Positions 25,192 through 25,339 of a stretch of DNA of 25,339 nt are shown one piece after another (the first letter of the stretch is position 1; every line of letters starts with the position of its first letter). Below the pieces are notes generated by a model, which saw only the letters and a list, made by a program, of their open reading frames with translations, did not search any database and was not told where the DNA came from. This DNA is from a bacterium (GTDB lineage: Bacteria; Zhuqueibacterota; Zhuqueibacteria; Oceanimicrobiales; Oceanimicrobiaceae): contig JBHHYI010000049.1 of the NCBI GenBank assembly GCA_046757525.1, positions 1 through 25,339 of the forward strand. The letters run 5' to 3'. Position numbers and translations under genes: made by a program.

Positions 25192-25339
25192 CAACCTAAC
25201 ACTTGTTGTTTTTGCTGGATTCCTGCTTCGGTCATCCGGCGGCTGCCCGACGGCAGATTCGCGGGCATGAAATGTCTGTTACAATTTTTGGCAGTTCGGT
25301 CAAACGCTAATTATCCGGATCGCCCAGCTTCTTGAAAAC

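Noticed and set aside
25307..25339. Possible 3' end of an upstream minus-strand gene (VFKKLGDPDN-stop)
   Set aside because: Only 11 codons are visible, which is not enough to support a call.

Overview
Bacterial genomic window of about 50% GC, probably from a diderm FCB-type lineage (inference from the Lol transporter and the Bacteroidota/Chlorobi-like LysS insertion). From right to left on the minus strand there is a 7-gene envelope-stress/polyamine operon (DUF4178-like, basic-tailed lipoprotein, DUF350, membrane aminopropyltransferase, J-domain protein, YbjN/CesT-like, PspA). A plus-strand block follows, with fabF and a 35-codon upstream ORF, a doubly inactivated Ig-repeat lipoprotein and a secreted beta-propeller protein. 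Next come a DUF885 gene and a ~10 kb housekeeping operon, prfB (+1 frameshift)-alr-lysS-lolC/E-lolD-mcsA-mcsB-clpC, running from a near-consensus sigma70 promoter to an intrinsic terminator with no ctsR. Further left is a separately promoted pair of a Toprim-less OLD-family ATPase and a P1/DmpA peptidase. The leftmost 700 bp are non-coding, with two ~103-bp direct repeats flanking a four-armed palindromic element. The most novel-looking signal is the J-domain protein whose N-terminus mimics the PspA membrane-binding helix, suggesting a dedicated DnaK adaptor for bacterial ESCRT-III/PspA polymers. All family assignments come from motif recognition by eye; no searches were run.
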